Of a DNA stretch of 64,000 nt, positions 25,029 to 37,200 are shown piece by piece. Under the pieces are notes generated by a model that was given only the letters and a program-made list of their open reading frames with translations, did not search any database and was not told the DNA's origin. The stretch comes from a virus. The first letter of the stretch is position 1, and each line of letters begins with the position of its first letter. The stretch lies in IMG/VR virus record IMGVR_UViG_3300050144_000106. The stretch is one strand, 5' to 3'. Position numbers and translations under genes: made by a program.

Positions 25029-27494
25029 TTACAGGGAGCGCCACCCGATTCCCCCGGATGCAACGTGCGCAATACCCCTATCCGGCACGTTTTGCCCAAT
25101 CGGAGCGCTAGCGGGTGGCACCACGATGGTGGGCGCTGCCGTGCCGTTGATGCGCTGGGGCGTGGAGGCAGGCTCTTGAGGCGGGGGCACCGCCACCGCA
25201 GCCGCAGGACGAACCGCCGGAACACTCAGCGCCGGGATATTGGGGGTTGCCGGCGCTAACGGCGCGCTGGCACCAGTGGCGGCACCCACCTTCTTCAAAA
25301 GCACCGCCTGTTCTTGGATTGCTCTGCGGGCTGTAGAGGCCTGAATATTGGGAGGGGAGGAGCGGAATAACTCTGCGTTGTGGGTCAACTTGTAGTTTTG
25401 GACGGCGGTCACGATGTCCGCATCCGACATGCTGGGCAAGCTGCGGCCACTCAGCGCGTTTTTGATGAGCGCAAACGCCCCCTTAGCGTTATTTGGCCCA
25501 CCGGGGCCAAACTGCGTAGCGGTGGAAAACAGCATTTCCTGTACAGCTCTGCCGCGCCCGCTTAAATCCAGCCCTGCGGCCTTGAGCGCATCGCTGGCTG
25601 GGATGACGTTGTTTTTGCGCAGGAAATCGAGCTGGGCAAACTGAAAATCTGCTGGCTCGCGTGCTTGAACCTCCTGCCACTTCTTTTTGAAATCAGGCGT
25701 GCCAGGCTCCAGCCCTTTGAAATCTTGGCCGTATTTGGTTTTGGCCAAAAACGCTTTAAGCGTTCCGGTATTGGTTGACAGTTGGTACAGCCCGTAAGAG
25801 GGGCCGCCGGGGTCGCCTTTGTTATTGCCCACGGCGTTAGGGTTGCCGCCGCTTTCAAAAGTGGTGCTTACCGCGCTGCCAGGGGCGCCGGCAGCTTGCG
25901 CCGGAGATAGAGCGGCCACGGGCTTGGGTAGGCGTGGGTCGCGCTCATCACCGCCCACCAGGCGGCTGACCCATCCCGAAAACTGCCCCCAGGAGGATGC
26001 GGCGTCATCAGCGAACTCCCCGAGCTTGTCCCAGACGGTCAGCTTGCGGATGAAGTCGTATACCTTCATCATCGGCTCGCCTAGGAGCTTGCCGCCCTCG
26101 CCTCCCAGCCATGCGCCTATGACGGCGCCAATGGGGCCACCCAGCACCATCCCAAGCGAGCCACCGGCCAGCGAGCCGACGGCCCCGCTCAAATTCTCGG
26201 CTCGCGCTTTACGGCGCTCTTCATCCGTGAGGTTTGGGTCGTTTTGGATGTCGTTATCGCTCATCCATGCCGAAAGACCCGTTAGCGCCGTCCCAAGGAC
26301 TGGCAGGCGCCCCAAGAACTTCAAGGCAGATTTGCCGCCGCGCCCTAGCCACCCAAGAGCCTTGGCGGCCGCTTCTGCTGCGGCAGAGGCGGGCCGGCCT
26401 ACCCGTGACTTGGCCCACGCCCATGCGCCCGTTGCTGCTGCGCCTACGCGCTCGCCCATGCGGCCAAACCAGCCGCTAGCACTTTTGGCGCGCTGCCCAA
26501 TCGCGCTGGGCACCCCGTAACGATCCAGCAAGCGGGGAATGGCGCCTTGCCACAAGAACCGCTTGAGCATGGCGGGCAGCCCCGCCAACAGCAGCGGCAG
26601 CATGGACAGCAGCCCGCCGGACTTTTCTTTGCCCGCCGCTTTGGCGACATCGCGCAGCCCGCGCACTTGTTGATTGGACTGGGTCTTGGCATCGCGCCGG
26701 CTCAAGCCCAGCGTCTGGGCAATGCGCTTGAGCCACCCCGTTTGTTTTTGCTCCTGAGAGCCCCCTAGCCCAGTCAGTGCCCCAATGCCTTGCATTACTG
26801 GCGTGGCCACGTTCTTGACGGAGGTGGCCAGGTTGCGCATTTCCTCGGCTGCGGCCAGCGTGGGGTCAAGCCCCGCCGTTCCGCTCAGCGCTTGATCGGC
26901 CACTTCTCCGACGGCTCCACCAGCGGCACGGATTCGCCCGACTGCCCCGCCACTGTCTTGGCCCTCGCCACCTCCTTGGAAGCGCCCATTGCCATCGCGC
27001 ATCCGCTGCTCAGCTCGGTCTTCACGCCGGGCTTTTTGCTCATGCTCGGCCATGCTGGCTAGCGTGCGTGCCGTCTCTTGCGGCGCCTGGGCCGCCGCTT
27101 TGGCTGCGCTGGTTGTTTGGGGGGTGGCCGGCGCCGCAGTTGAGCGCACGAACCGCCCTCGGTCATCGCGGGGTCGCTCCAGAGCGCGCTGGGAAGCCGC
27201 TGCCGCCGCTGCTGGCGACGACGTAGCCCGGCTGGGCACGCTGGTGGGAGCTTGCCCCCGAAAAGCCTGCCGAATGGCTTTGGCAACTAGCTGAGTTTCC
27301 TTGCTTGCTAGCGCAGCAGGAACAGCCCGCGCCCGGCTTGTCACCACGGCCGCATGCTTGCGCATCATGGCCAGGATGTGGTGTGTGTCCTGCCTGACAG
27401 CGCCCAGCAGCCCCGCCATCTGCTGCTCATCACCCGCAGAGCGCAGCCCCAAGGGCGTGCCACCCGTCAAAAATCCTTGGTTGTCGCTTTGCAT
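25029..27494 (-). CDS. Tape-measure-like / ejection protein with C-terminal lysozyme-like (transglycosylase-type) domain (821 aa)
   Basis: RDDRGRF / RDGNGRF motifs and a Gly-zipper membrane segment GGSLGMVLGGPIGAVIGAWLGG. The stretch FESGGNPNAVGNNKGDPGGPSYGLYQLS resembles the E-S...G-L-x-Q transglycosylase motif. Confidence 0.55.
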   Translation of the reverse strand: MQSDNQGFLTGGTPLGLRSAGDEQQMAGLLGAVRQDTHHILAMMRKHAAVVTSRARAVPAALASKETQLVAKAIRQAFRGQAPTSVPSRATSSPAAAAAASQRALERPRDDRGRFVRSTAAPATPQTTSAAKAAAQAPQETARTLASMAEHEQKARREDRAEQRMRDGNGRFQGGGEGQDSGGAVGRIRAAGGAVGEVADQALSGTAGLDPTLAAAEEMRNLATSVKNVATPVMQGIGALTGLGGSQEQKQTGWLKRIAQTLGLSRRDAKTQSNQQVRGLRDVAKAAGKEKSGGLLSMLPLLLAGLPAMLKRFLWQGAIPRLLDRYGVPSAIGQRAKSASGWFGRMGERVGAAATGAWAWAKSRVGRPASAAAEAAAKALGWLGRGGKSALKFLGRLPVLGTALTGLSAWMSDNDIQNDPNLTDEERRKARAENLSGAVGSLAGGSLGMVLGGPIGAVIGAWLGGEGGKLLGEPMMKVYDFIRKLTVWDKLGEFADDAASSWGQFSGWVSRLVGGDERDPRLPKPVAALSPAQAAGAPGSAVSTTFESGGNPNAVGNNKGDPGGPSYGLYQLSTNTGTLKAFLAKTKYGQDFKGLEPGTPDFKKKWQEVQAREPADFQFAQLDFLRKNNVIPASDALKAAGLDLSGRGRAVQEMLFSTATQFGPGGPNNAKGAFALIKNALSGRSLPSMSDADIVTAVQNYKLTHNAELFRSSPPNIQASTARRAIQEQAVLLKKVGAATGASAPLAPATPNIPALSVPAVRPAAAVAVPPPQEPASTPQRINGTAAPTIVVPPASAPIGQNVPDRGIAHVASGGIGWRSL

Positions 27495-27495
27495 G

Positions 27496-28287
27496 TCACT
27501 TTGCCACCAGGTTTACCGGGTCAAACGTATTTGAGGGTTCGAAGGTCAAATTGACGGTTTGCAGCTGGTTTTCGCTGCGCGCGTACTCCTCTTCGCAAGA
27601 CGCAGCCGACACCAAAAACTCACGCGAAAACCCGTTAAGCAACTCGCCGTCGAGCGCTTTGGGGTCTCGCTTGAGTCGGGTCACGCGGATCAGCAGTAGG
27701 TAGTCCTTTGGGTAGCCGAACGTGCCGTCAGGGTGGGCCACCTGGTCGCACTTGCCTTCAAACCACTGCTGGAGGGTGCCGTCAGCATCATCCCGAGTTG
27801 TGATGCGGATGCTGGTGCCCTGGGCTACGCCACGGCGATCGATGGCGGCGCTGCCCACGGGGATGGTTTCGCCACTCAGCGTGCGCGACCCAAAGCTCAC
27901 GCTTTCGGCCAGCAACTCCAGCCGCTCGCCAGCCTGGGTGCTCAAAGCACCCTTGCCGGAGCGGGCTTCGGTGATCTCCACGCTCCACAAGTTGGCCCAG
28001 CTCAAGCTAAGGGCGCGCACCTGCTGGGTAAGTCGCTCGATCCTGCCGTAATGCACCTGGCGGATTACGCCCTTGTTTGTGAGCGCAGCAAGGCCGGGCA
28101 CCGGCTTAGGCGGCAGGCCGCCACCTCGATTGAGCAAAGCGTTGGCCACCGCGCCTGCTGCGCCCATGGCTCGCACAACATCAGCCCCAATGAACGGCGC
28201 GCTCAAAGCGGCGCGGGCTTTGTCAACCCTGGAAATGGCCTGTTCGTAAGCCGACAGCACGGAGCCGCTTACCGGTGGCAGGCTCAC
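27496..28287 (-). CDS. Hypothetical virion protein (263 aa)
   Basis: 4-nt overlap with the portal gene. Confidence 0.45.
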   Translation of the reverse strand: MSLPPVSGSVLSAYEQAISRVDKARAALSAPFIGADVVRAMGAAGAVANALLNRGGGLPPKPVPGLAALTNKGVIRQVHYGRIERLTQQVRALSLSWANLWSVEITEARSGKGALSTQAGERLELLAESVSFGSRTLSGETIPVGSAAIDRRGVAQGTSIRITTRDDADGTLQQWFEGKCDQVAHPDGTFGYPKDYLLLIRVTRLKRDPKALDGELLNGFSREFLVSAASCEEEYARSENQLQTVNLTFEPSNTFDPVNLVAK

Positions 28288-29915
28288 AGCGGCTCTCCTT
28301 CGTCGCCGGCGCCGCCGGCGGTGCTGGCGGCCAAATCATTGGCGTAGGTTGTGGCCTCATCCTCATCAAGGCCAAACTGGTTTTTGAGCATCGTCAACAT
28401 CCCGTCTTTGCTCAACCCCAGGTCTTTAAGCTGCGCCATCGTGGCCACCAGCATGCTGGCTGCACCAATTTGGTCACTTTTTGTTTTTGCCGCTTCCGCT
28501 TGTTGCGCGCTAATGCCGCCGGCAAATTTGACATCCCAAAAGCAGTCGTCATCAGAATATGTTTTGCTAGTGGCGTAATACCGATCTAGGCTTAACAAGT
28601 GATTCACAAAATCGGCGGCCGCCACACGGAATAAACGGCTGCGTTCAGCCGTTTGAATGCTGTTGCGCAGGAAGCCGCCCTCACCCAAACCACCAGACAA
28701 CAAGTCAGAAAACCCGACCATCGTCAAATCAATTCCTAAGCCACCCGCCATTTTTTTGGCGTGGTACATAACATCATCAATCGTGATGTTTGTTGGGCTG
28801 GAGGCCTGTGCGCTATTGCTGCGCAGTTCAACCACCTGCTTTTCGTTGCTGACGGGAATGTAGTGCGTGAGTTTGCCAAACCAGTAAGTGCCTGATTCAG
28901 CCATATCCTGATAGAACTTTGCCGCCCGCTCCGAAATTGTTTGGAGCATGCCCAAAAATCGTTTTTGTTGTGCAGGCGGCGAATTCGTGAGGTTTACTGC
29001 ATAGTACGTTTCATCGATTGACGCTTTGATACGCTGCGCCACCAAGCCCTTGCTTGCGCGCCGGTATGCGGTGAAGTCCTCTTCTAGGCCAGCCAGAAAA
29101 GAGCCGCCAACTTCAGCGGGCAATGCCACCAGCTTGTCTGCATCGTCTTGCAGCAAGTTTGTTTTGACGGCTTTTTCTTCCGAGCGTGGCTGCGCCACGT
29201 AGTTCATGCGCGGCATCTTCATGCGCGCGATTTGCGCAATGTTCATGCGCTCTTGCTGCTTTGGCCCGGTGGCCACCATGTAGGCCACGGTTTTCCCGGC
29301 GCGCTCGTAAGCCTGAATCAGCGGCGGCAACACCACATCCCCCGTGACCAGCGACACCAACCCCACCCCCGCTTTGCCGTAGGGCCGGCAATAGCCGTCA
29401 CCGTAAGCCACCGCGTTGTAGCCTACCGTGGGTAGAGCTTTGTCGAGCATGGCGCCTAAGCGGCGCTGCATGTCTTGGCACTGCTTTTTTTGATCCGCCG
29501 TGGCGCCGGGCTTGGCCTCGATAAATATCAGCTGCCCTTTTGCTTCATGGCCTCCGAGGGCCGCCGTGACGTGGATGTGTAGGGCTTGGCTCACCAGGCC
29601 GTCCCCGAGCATGTCGGTGTAGCCCTGGTAGATGATTTGGCGCATGCGGCCCACCGAATTCGGTGTACCCATGAGGATTTGGGAACTGATGCCGTCAGCT
29701 CCCGAGTACCAATCAACGCCATCGGCTCCGGCATTGGCGCCAAAAGCCATTACCGGTTGTTGTGCCACGGGCGCCCCGCCAAGCCGTTTTACCCAGCCCA
29801 TCATGGCGTCCGCAGCACGGGAAATTGCCCCGCTTTGCCCTTCCTGCATCATTGGGGCAACGAGCGCGCGAGCGGCTTGGACTTGTGATTTTTCGGTGGA
29901 AGGCATGCCGCGCAA
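28284..29915 (-). CDS. Portal protein (543 aa)
   Basis: RMRQIIYQGYTDMLGDGLVSQALHIHVTAAL...AYGDGYCRPY resembles the N-terminal signature of podovirus-type head-tail connector portals (from memory). The C-terminus is acidic. Confidence 0.55.
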   Translation of the reverse strand: MRGMPSTEKSQVQAARALVAPMMQEGQSGAISRAADAMMGWVKRLGGAPVAQQPVMAFGANAGADGVDWYSGADGISSQILMGTPNSVGRMRQIIYQGYTDMLGDGLVSQALHIHVTAALGGHEAKGQLIFIEAKPGATADQKKQCQDMQRRLGAMLDKALPTVGYNAVAYGDGYCRPYGKAGVGLVSLVTGDVVLPPLIQAYERAGKTVAYMVATGPKQQERMNIAQIARMKMPRMNYVAQPRSEEKAVKTNLLQDDADKLVALPAEVGGSFLAGLEEDFTAYRRASKGLVAQRIKASIDETYYAVNLTNSPPAQQKRFLGMLQTISERAAKFYQDMAESGTYWFGKLTHYIPVSNEKQVVELRSNSAQASSPTNITIDDVMYHAKKMAGGLGIDLTMVGFSDLLSGGLGEGGFLRNSIQTAERSRLFRVAAADFVNHLLSLDRYYATSKTYSDDDCFWDVKFAGGISAQQAEAAKTKSDQIGAASMLVATMAQLKDLGLSKDGMLTMLKNQFGLDEDEATTYANDLAASTAGGAGDEGEPL

Positions 29916-29980
29916 TGTGGCAGCACATCACTTATGCGCTCCCCCGCATTACCGTGAGAGTGCCGCCTTACGCTGTGCAC

Positions 29981-30178
29981 TTAAGCCGTGGGCAAGCTCA
30001 GCTCGGGGCCTTTGATCGCCGCAATCACGTTTTGAGCGTGAGCGGCATCGCTGACGACGATGACAGACTGATTGCCGCTCGCGTCTTGCAAAGTCACAAC
30101 GCCAGCCCCGGCGTCATACCAAGCTGAGCACACCAGGGCGGGATCGACGTATTTCTCGCCATCACAGATCACATACAT
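29981..30178 (-). CDS. Hypothetical small protein (65 aa)
   Basis: ORF with the expected strand and spacing. Confidence 0.4.
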   Translation of the reverse strand: MYVICDGEKYVDPALVCSAWYDAGAGVVTLQDASGNQSVIVVSDAAHAQNVIAAIKGPELSLPTA

Positions 30179-30220
30179 ACAAATCTCCTATAAATAAGGG
30201 TGGGGTGGAGGTAGGGAAGG

Positions 30221-30724
30221 TTAGGTTGGATAAGCGGTCACTTGCATTTGGTAAGACCGCACGCCCCCGCTGTAATTTGCGATTGACACTTGCACGTAGC
30301 GACCCTGCGTCATCAGTAAAGCAACGCATGCAGTTGTTTGGCCAACTGTGACGGATGCAATGCCCGTCGTTGTGACTGCTGCCAGGTAAGTAGTGCGCAT
30401 ATTGCGCACCTCGTTTTCGCTTAAAAACGTCGAAAACGATACTGATCCAGCTCCATCCCCACTTACGGATAACAACCAACTACGGTACTGATCCCAATCG
30501 TCGCCAAGATCAATAATATAGCCACGCGAGCTTGAGTTATTTACATTTTCTGGCGGATCGTAAAAACCAACAAACCCAGGCTTGCCGTTCGATCGAGGTG
30601 CGTTGTAAGGCGCAATTGCTGGGTTGAACACAAGCACAGGCGGGCGTTTGCGAATCCCATCAAATTGCGCCTGTGTTACTGGAATCCATTGGCCACCAGC
30701 TTTAACCATAATGCCTACGGACAT
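30221..30724 (-). CDS. Hypothetical protein (167 aa), AT-richer
   Basis: Start set to ATG 30724 (MSVGIMVK...) with GAGG upstream. Track ORF is 30221..30760. Confidence 0.45.
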   Translation of the reverse strand: MSVGIMVKAGGQWIPVTQAQFDGIRKRPPVLVFNPAIAPYNAPRSNGKPGFVGFYDPPENVNNSSSRGYIIDLGDDWDQYRSWLLSVSGDGAGSVSFSTFLSENEVRNMRTTYLAAVTTTGIASVTVGQTTACVALLMTQGRYVQVSIANYSGGVRSYQMQVTAYPT

Positions 30725-30790
30725 ACTTTGTGCCTCACTAGGGTTGCAATGAGGCATCATGTAACGCCTGGGCGCACACGTTTGCGATCG

Positions 30791-31210
30791 TTACCGAGGG
30801 CCGATCTTGGACTCCATGTCCAAGTCAACCAGCCTGTATGCGTCGCCTCCTGCCTCATCCAAATCAAAAACACGGGTGCCTGCCGACCAAGTTTGGCGGT
30901 AAAGCTCCTTGAAAATTTCGGCCTTGACGATGATGGCGTCATCGTCGATGCCGGTGTAGGCGGCAGACAGGGCCGGCGCATCATCGTCGCCGATGACGTG
31001 GCCACTGCGCGCCAGCACTGCCTTGAGTGCCCACCAGTAGGGGCCAAACTCCAAATACAGCTCGGGGTGGTTTTGCATGCGGCGCGCCAACACGCCGGCC
31101 GCAAATCCACCAAAGTCGCTTTGCCCTTGGGTTTCAAGAAGGCTGGCCTTTTTGCGTGCCAGCTCTTCAGCGGCCACGTCATCGCCAATCAGGTATCGGG
31201 TGAAGTTCAT
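30791..31210 (-). CDS. Hypothetical protein (139 aa)
   Basis: Directly downstream of the 2199-aa gene. Confidence 0.5.
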   Translation of the reverse strand: MNFTRYLIGDDVAAEELARKKASLLETQGQSDFGGFAAGVLARRMQNHPELYLEFGPYWWALKAVLARSGHVIGDDDAPALSAAYTGIDDDAIIVKAEIFKELYRQTWSAGTRVFDLDEAGGDAYRLVDLDMESKIGPR

Positions 31211-31263
31211 GGGTTTTCACATCTTGTGGTCAAAGCTAGCGGCCCCAGGCCGCCAGCGCGGCG

Positions 31264-34200
31264 TCAATTCTTGGCAACAGCCAGCGGTGGGCTGACCTTC
31301 ATGGTCAGGGATCGCGCAGCCCGTGGGTAGGCTGCGATCAAGCGCTTCCACACCCGAAGCGGTACCTCCCAAGCGTTCAGCTCTCTCTTCCACTTGGCGA
31401 CATCGCCTGCGGCTTTAGCTGACGCCTTGATTTGATCTTTCCACGTAAAGGTCTCGCCGCCAATCAGCACCAGGTCGTTGTCGCCTGGCTCGCGCTGTTT
31501 CGTGGCTGGCGCCACGCCTGCCGCTTCGGTGGCCTTTGGGGCCTCCAGCGCTTTGATGGCATTGGCATAAATCGCAACGCTGCCTGGGGATGCAATTTGC
31601 AGCAGACTTGCCGCACCCCCCTGACTGTAGTCCGGATCAGTTGTGAGGTCATACCCAGCAAATGCCTGCTGCACCCACTGATCCAAAGCTTGATCTATTT
31701 CTTGCTGCGTGCTCAGATCTTTGAGGCTGTCTTCTAGCCGGGCACCTTGATGCGTGGCAAGAAGAACAGCCCTACTAGGCCAGGTGTGGCGATCCACCAC
31801 AGCCTTGGCATCGCTCCACGTCAATTTCAGGCCACGGGCCGCCGCAAACGCCAACATGCTGCTGAGTGAAATGCTGTATTGCATGCGCCCAGCTGGCCGG
31901 CGCAGCACGCCGGCGCTGGCCGGCGCGGTGAACATCACGCCGGCGCCGTAGTCGCCATCGCGCACGTCCGACACGATGGCGGCCTGCTGCTCCACGATAG
32001 CGCGCACCACCCGCGTGCCCTCCACAGCCTTGGCTGGATCAATCACATCGGGGAAGAGCGGGGATGGCAGCATGTAGTCGCGCAAGGTGTAGCGCAAGGC
32101 CACCGGCTTGGCGCAGCGCTCCCCCACCTCGGGCAACAGGGCGCTATAGAGATCGGGCTGGTGCTCAGGCTTGACGGCGGAAAGCCGTTCCTCCACCTGC
32201 GCCGCAGTGCTCAGGCAGGCGTCGTAGCCAGGCATGCCGGGCAACACCAACTCGCCGCCGCCGCTCATGGCGTCGGCCACCGACACGGTAATTGGCGCCC
32301 CTTGCTCCAGCACCCAGCCCACGGCCACCAGCGCATCGCCGCGCGTGGATTTGCGCACAAGGTAAAGCGGATTGCCGTCCTTGCGGATGAAGGCGCCGGT
32401 ACACACCGGCTTGCCATCCACCATAGCAGCCTCGCCGGTTTCCAGCTTGTCGGCCAGCACCGCCGGCATGCCCCCGGCTTCGCTCGCCAAGCGCTTGAAG
32501 TTGACCTTGGACTCCTCCACCATGCTGCGCGCCAAGTCCACCTCGGACTGCCAGTCTTGCTGGAGGATCGAGCCGTCGCTCACTTCAATGGCGAACATCG
32601 GGTAAGTCGCCCCCGTCAGGCTCTTAAACATCTCTTCTTCGAGCTTTTCGCCGCGCTTGAGTGAGCGCTGCACCTCCTGGGTGACTTGCGCCAGCGTGAC
32701 CACTTGGCCGTCATCCCTGCCGCCGTTTTTGCGCTTGATCGTGCCGGAGGTCTCAAGGTCGCGCTTCAGGCCGATCAAGCGGGCATCGATGTCGGCCTTG
32801 GTGGCTTGGTTGCGCAGCACCGACGAAGCGCTGGCCCTGGGGTTGTTGATGCGCTCTTGCAGAAGGCTCGACTGCGCCAACAACACCGCACAAGCGCAGG
32901 CCTTGCGGGCATACCAATGAGCCGGCGTGGCGTTGCCAGCCAGAAACGCCAGTTGCTTGGCTGCCGTGGCCAGGTTGACGGCTTGCTTGTTGCGCGTGCC
33001 CACGGCGCGCTTTTGCTCCTCCAGAGCGGTGGCCCGCTGCTGCATTTTGGTCATGGCGTCAGCGTCGCCCACCGAATCAATCAGGGCCTCCAACTGCTCG
33101 CGGGTCAGACCTGACTGAATGGCCACGTTGTCGCTGCCATCCTTGGCCATCAGGCTGTCGATCCAGCCGGCCTTGTTGCTCACCAGTTGGCGCTTGTAGC
33201 TGTCGAAGGTGCCGTCCGCGTCGTAGTGGTAGACGCGCACCATCTCGGTTTCGTTGCCCTGGCGCACGCCCCGGCCGTCGCGCTGGGTCAGGCTGTCGGG
33301 CGTCCAGCCGGTGGTGAGGTGGTGAATGGCCTGCGTGCCCTTTTGCAGGTTCAGCCCCACCTCGCCCTTCTCGTTCATGATGACCACGCGGTACTTATTG
33401 CCTTCCCCGTCCGCGTTGAATCCATCCTGCACCGCCAGGATTTCCTCGGGCTTGCCATTTACCTTGCCGGTGATGATGGCGATGGCCCCGGTCGGCACCC
33501 CGCAGCGCTTGATAAGCAAACGCCGGAGCTTGTTGTGGATGGCTAGGGTGTCGCAGAAGATGAGCTGGCGCACGCGCTGGGTTCGCTGCCCATTGATGAC
33601 CCCGCGCGGGTGAGCCTCCTCGTTTTGAAAGTTCTCCAGCAGCGCCGCCAGCTTTGGTGGCACGCTCACATCCAAATCCACGCCAGCCTTCTCCGCCATG
33701 GTCTCGAAGGCGGTCTGGGTCTGGGCGTCCATGCTGTCCAAGCACAGCCGCCCGTCATCCAACACCCGCGCCAAAGCTTTGATCCTTACCAGCGTCACAT
33801 CGCTGTCGCCATCGCGGATGGTTTTGGTGCCCACCACGGCGCCGGCCAGCGTCATTGGCCCAGGGCGCGAGCGCTCTTCCACCGGCGCCTTGGTCTCCCA
33901 GCGTGCCACCAGGTCGGCCACCTGCACCTGCTGGACGGCGGAAACCCGGTAGAACGTGGCCCGGTCGTCTAGCTCCGGGTCGGCAATCAGCGCCGCCATC
34001 TTGTTGATGAGGTTGAACGGGTGGCCAATCAGCTCCATCGGCTCGCCGAACTTTTCGGCCACGCGGTCATAGGCATCCTTGCTGCCGCCCACGGTTTTCT
34101 TTTCCATCAAGGTATCGATGGCAAAGCGGAAAGCGCCCTTGTAGTCTTGCAGGGTGGCTTTCACGCTTTCGGGCAAGTCCACGGCCACCGACGCCCGCCC

Positions 34201-37200
34201 CGCATCGGGCGCGACGATTTGCTCGCCCACTTCCTCGGCCGTCTTAATGGTGCAGCTCTGCTGAATGATGCGACGCAAAGCCTTGGCGTTGTTCAGCCCG
34301 ACGAACACGTCATAGGACTTGATCTGCCCGTCGAGCGTTTCCTCGTCGCGGTTTTCCATCGCGCAGGTCAGCTCCATGAACTGGTCGGAGCCTTCCACCA
34401 TCATCAAGTCGTTCACCCGCTGGTCACCCATCGTCAGCGAGAGCATGGAGTACACCTCCAGCGGGCTGTTGGTGATTGGGGTGGCTGAGAGGCCCATCAC
34501 GCCATCGTTGCGCACGTTGCCCTTGCGCACGAACCAGGCCTTAGCCTGGGCATCCAAGCCACGGCCCGAGGGGTCAGCCAGGCTCAGGAACTTGCCGCCC
34601 TTGAAGTCGTTGACCTTGCGGCTGTTCTTGAAAGCGTGCGCCTCATCGATGACCAGGGAATCAATGCCTAGGTCTTCGAAGAACGGCGCGGCCGCGCTCT
34701 TGGTCTTGTCCTGGGTAAGCTGGAAGATCAGGGCTTCGCGCAGGCTCTTGGCGCGCTCGTTGTCCTTGTTCTTGTCGGACTCGGCATAAGCCTTGTCCAC
34801 TTTGGCCAGGTGCTTGTCGTACTCGGCGGCCGTGGCGTCCTTAAGACGTAGGCGCTGGAAAGCCTCGAAGGTTAGGAAAATCTTGCTGTGGCGGTTCTCC
34901 AGGATGCGGTTCAGGTCGCGGTCGTAGTCTGAAGAGCTGACGCTGAATGAGCCGTCGGCTTTCACGGTCAAGCCCACAAACAGACAGTCCTCCGTGGAGG
35001 CGTAGACCTTGGCTGCCTCCTTGCGCCAGTTGGAAAGCACCGAGTTCGGCACCACGAACGCGGTTTTCTTCTTCGTGCCGATGGCCTGGGCGTACTGCAC
35101 CGCCACCAGGGAGGTGCTTGTCTTGCCTAAGCCCACGCCAAAGCCGTTGATGCCGCTGAACTCGCGTGCGGTCTTGCGCACGTAGGCGCACTGGAACCCT
35201 TTTACGCCCCAATCGGGATTGAGGCCGGGCACAGCCAGGGGGCTTTCGTCGTCAGCTTGCTCGAAGTAGAGCCGCTCGGGATCGTTGGCCAAGGCTTCGA
35301 GCTTGCCCATCACCACCGGGTTGGCGCGCACCCAGCCGCCGAAAGCCTGCTCCGCCTCGTTAATCATGCGGCGCAGCTCTTCAAGCGCCTTCTTGTTGTC
35401 GCTGAACTCCGCCCCGCGCAGCGAGACCGTGCGCTTGCGCATGTACTCGCCCAAACGCTTGAGCAACTTTTCATGCTCGTTCTTGGGCGTCTTGATGTCG
35501 CAGGCGATGTAGGGCGTGCCGTCCTGCTCGTCGTAGGCCACAACAAAGCGTGGATCGATGAAGCGCCGGACGAACTCGGCCTTTTGCTCCAGCGGCACCA
35601 AAGGCGATGCCAGGTTGAAGCTCATACTGGCGGGATCAAGCCGGCTCACACGCTGCTCGGCCACCAGCTTCTGGCGCACCAGCTTGTCGCGCACCGCATC
35701 GCTCTTGGCGGCGGCGATGTCGCCATCGATGCGCCGCGAGAAGTCGCCGTAGTTGCCCACGTAGTAGTCAGCCGCCCGGCACACGCTGGCGCCGTCGCTG
35801 GAAACGCACCAGTCGTCGCTGGCATGCGGGTTGAATGCCTCGCCCAGCACGCCCTTGGCGTCGCCCAGACTCACCCAGGCGCTGCCGCCTCCGGCGTTGT
35901 AGCGCAGAGCCTCAAAGCGTTGATCCGGTGTGCGCTCGTCGGGCTTGTCCTGGGGCAGCACATCCCCGCGCCACACAGCAGAGTAGCCGCCGGCACGGGT
36001 GTAGTGGATGCCAATCTTGGCCATGGCGGTCTTCAGCCGGCGATTGAACGTGGCAGGCACCTCGCGCGCGGCGCCGGCGTAGCGCTTCATCGCCTCCGAC
36101 AGCTCTGGGTACTCCTCAAGGTAGTTCACCGGCCCGTCCTCAGCTTGGGCTTCGTGCATCACGTCGTCCATCGCCAAGCCCACGGCCGCCGCACTCCAAA
36201 GCCCATCTTGCTGCGCCGCCGGCGCACCGGCCACGCTACTCAAGGTCGAGCGCAGCCAGCCGGGCGCATCAAAGCCCCGGCCGCTGGCCTGCATTTGCTC
36301 CAGCACCTGGGCAGCAGCCGGGTACTCCACCTTGGCCAACACCGCCCGCAGCGGCGTGGATAGCGTGCCCAGCACCTCCTCGAAACGCGCGCTTTGATCC
36401 GATTCGCTGGGTAGTGCCACCCATGCGCCGCCCTTCATCACCAGGGTTTGCCCTGCGTGGCGCACTGTGTCGCCCTCGTTGTAAATGATGGGCTGGGTTT
36501 CGGTCGCATCCAGCAGCGCCCACTCCACCCGGCTGGGCGGGAACTTGCGCAACAGCTTGGCAATGTCGGCCACGCTGCCGGTGTTGATGACGCGATCCAC
36601 GTCGCGCAGCTTGTTAGGGTCTTTGGCGACAAACTCGCCCAGCACATGCTTGGCACCCTCAGACGTCTTGAAGTAGTTGCCGCCGATGAACTCATCCCAC
36701 AGCACCTTGGCCTGGGTCAGCACGCCAGGGTTTTGCTCGCGCAGCTCGGCCACCTTGTCCAGCACCTCGCGGCTGTACTTGCGCAGCACGATCACGTCGG
36801 TGATGGTGTCCGCCTGGGCTGTGCCAAACACGCTGTTAGGCAGGCGGTAGGCGCCCACGAACTCAGCCATGTAGCTCAGCCGCTGCCGCAGGCTTTCTTC
36901 TTTGCCGTCCTTGCCAGAGACGCAACGCGGCGGCGTGATGAACGCCGCCAGGCCACCTGGGCGCAGCTTCTCCAAGCTGCGCAGGACGAAGTAGTTTTGG
37001 ATCGGCTCGCGGCGGTACTTGGTGTCCTTGAGCTGGTTGCCGCCCCGGTCAGCCACCTCGCCGAACGGCACGTTGGTGACTACCGCGTCATAGACCTCGT
37101 CCGGGGTGGCCGCCGCCACCGCTTCGAAGGCGCTTACCGTGGTTGCGTAGCCCGGCCCGTTGTTCACCAGCGCGTTGATGCGCCCGCTGGTGGCGTTCAG

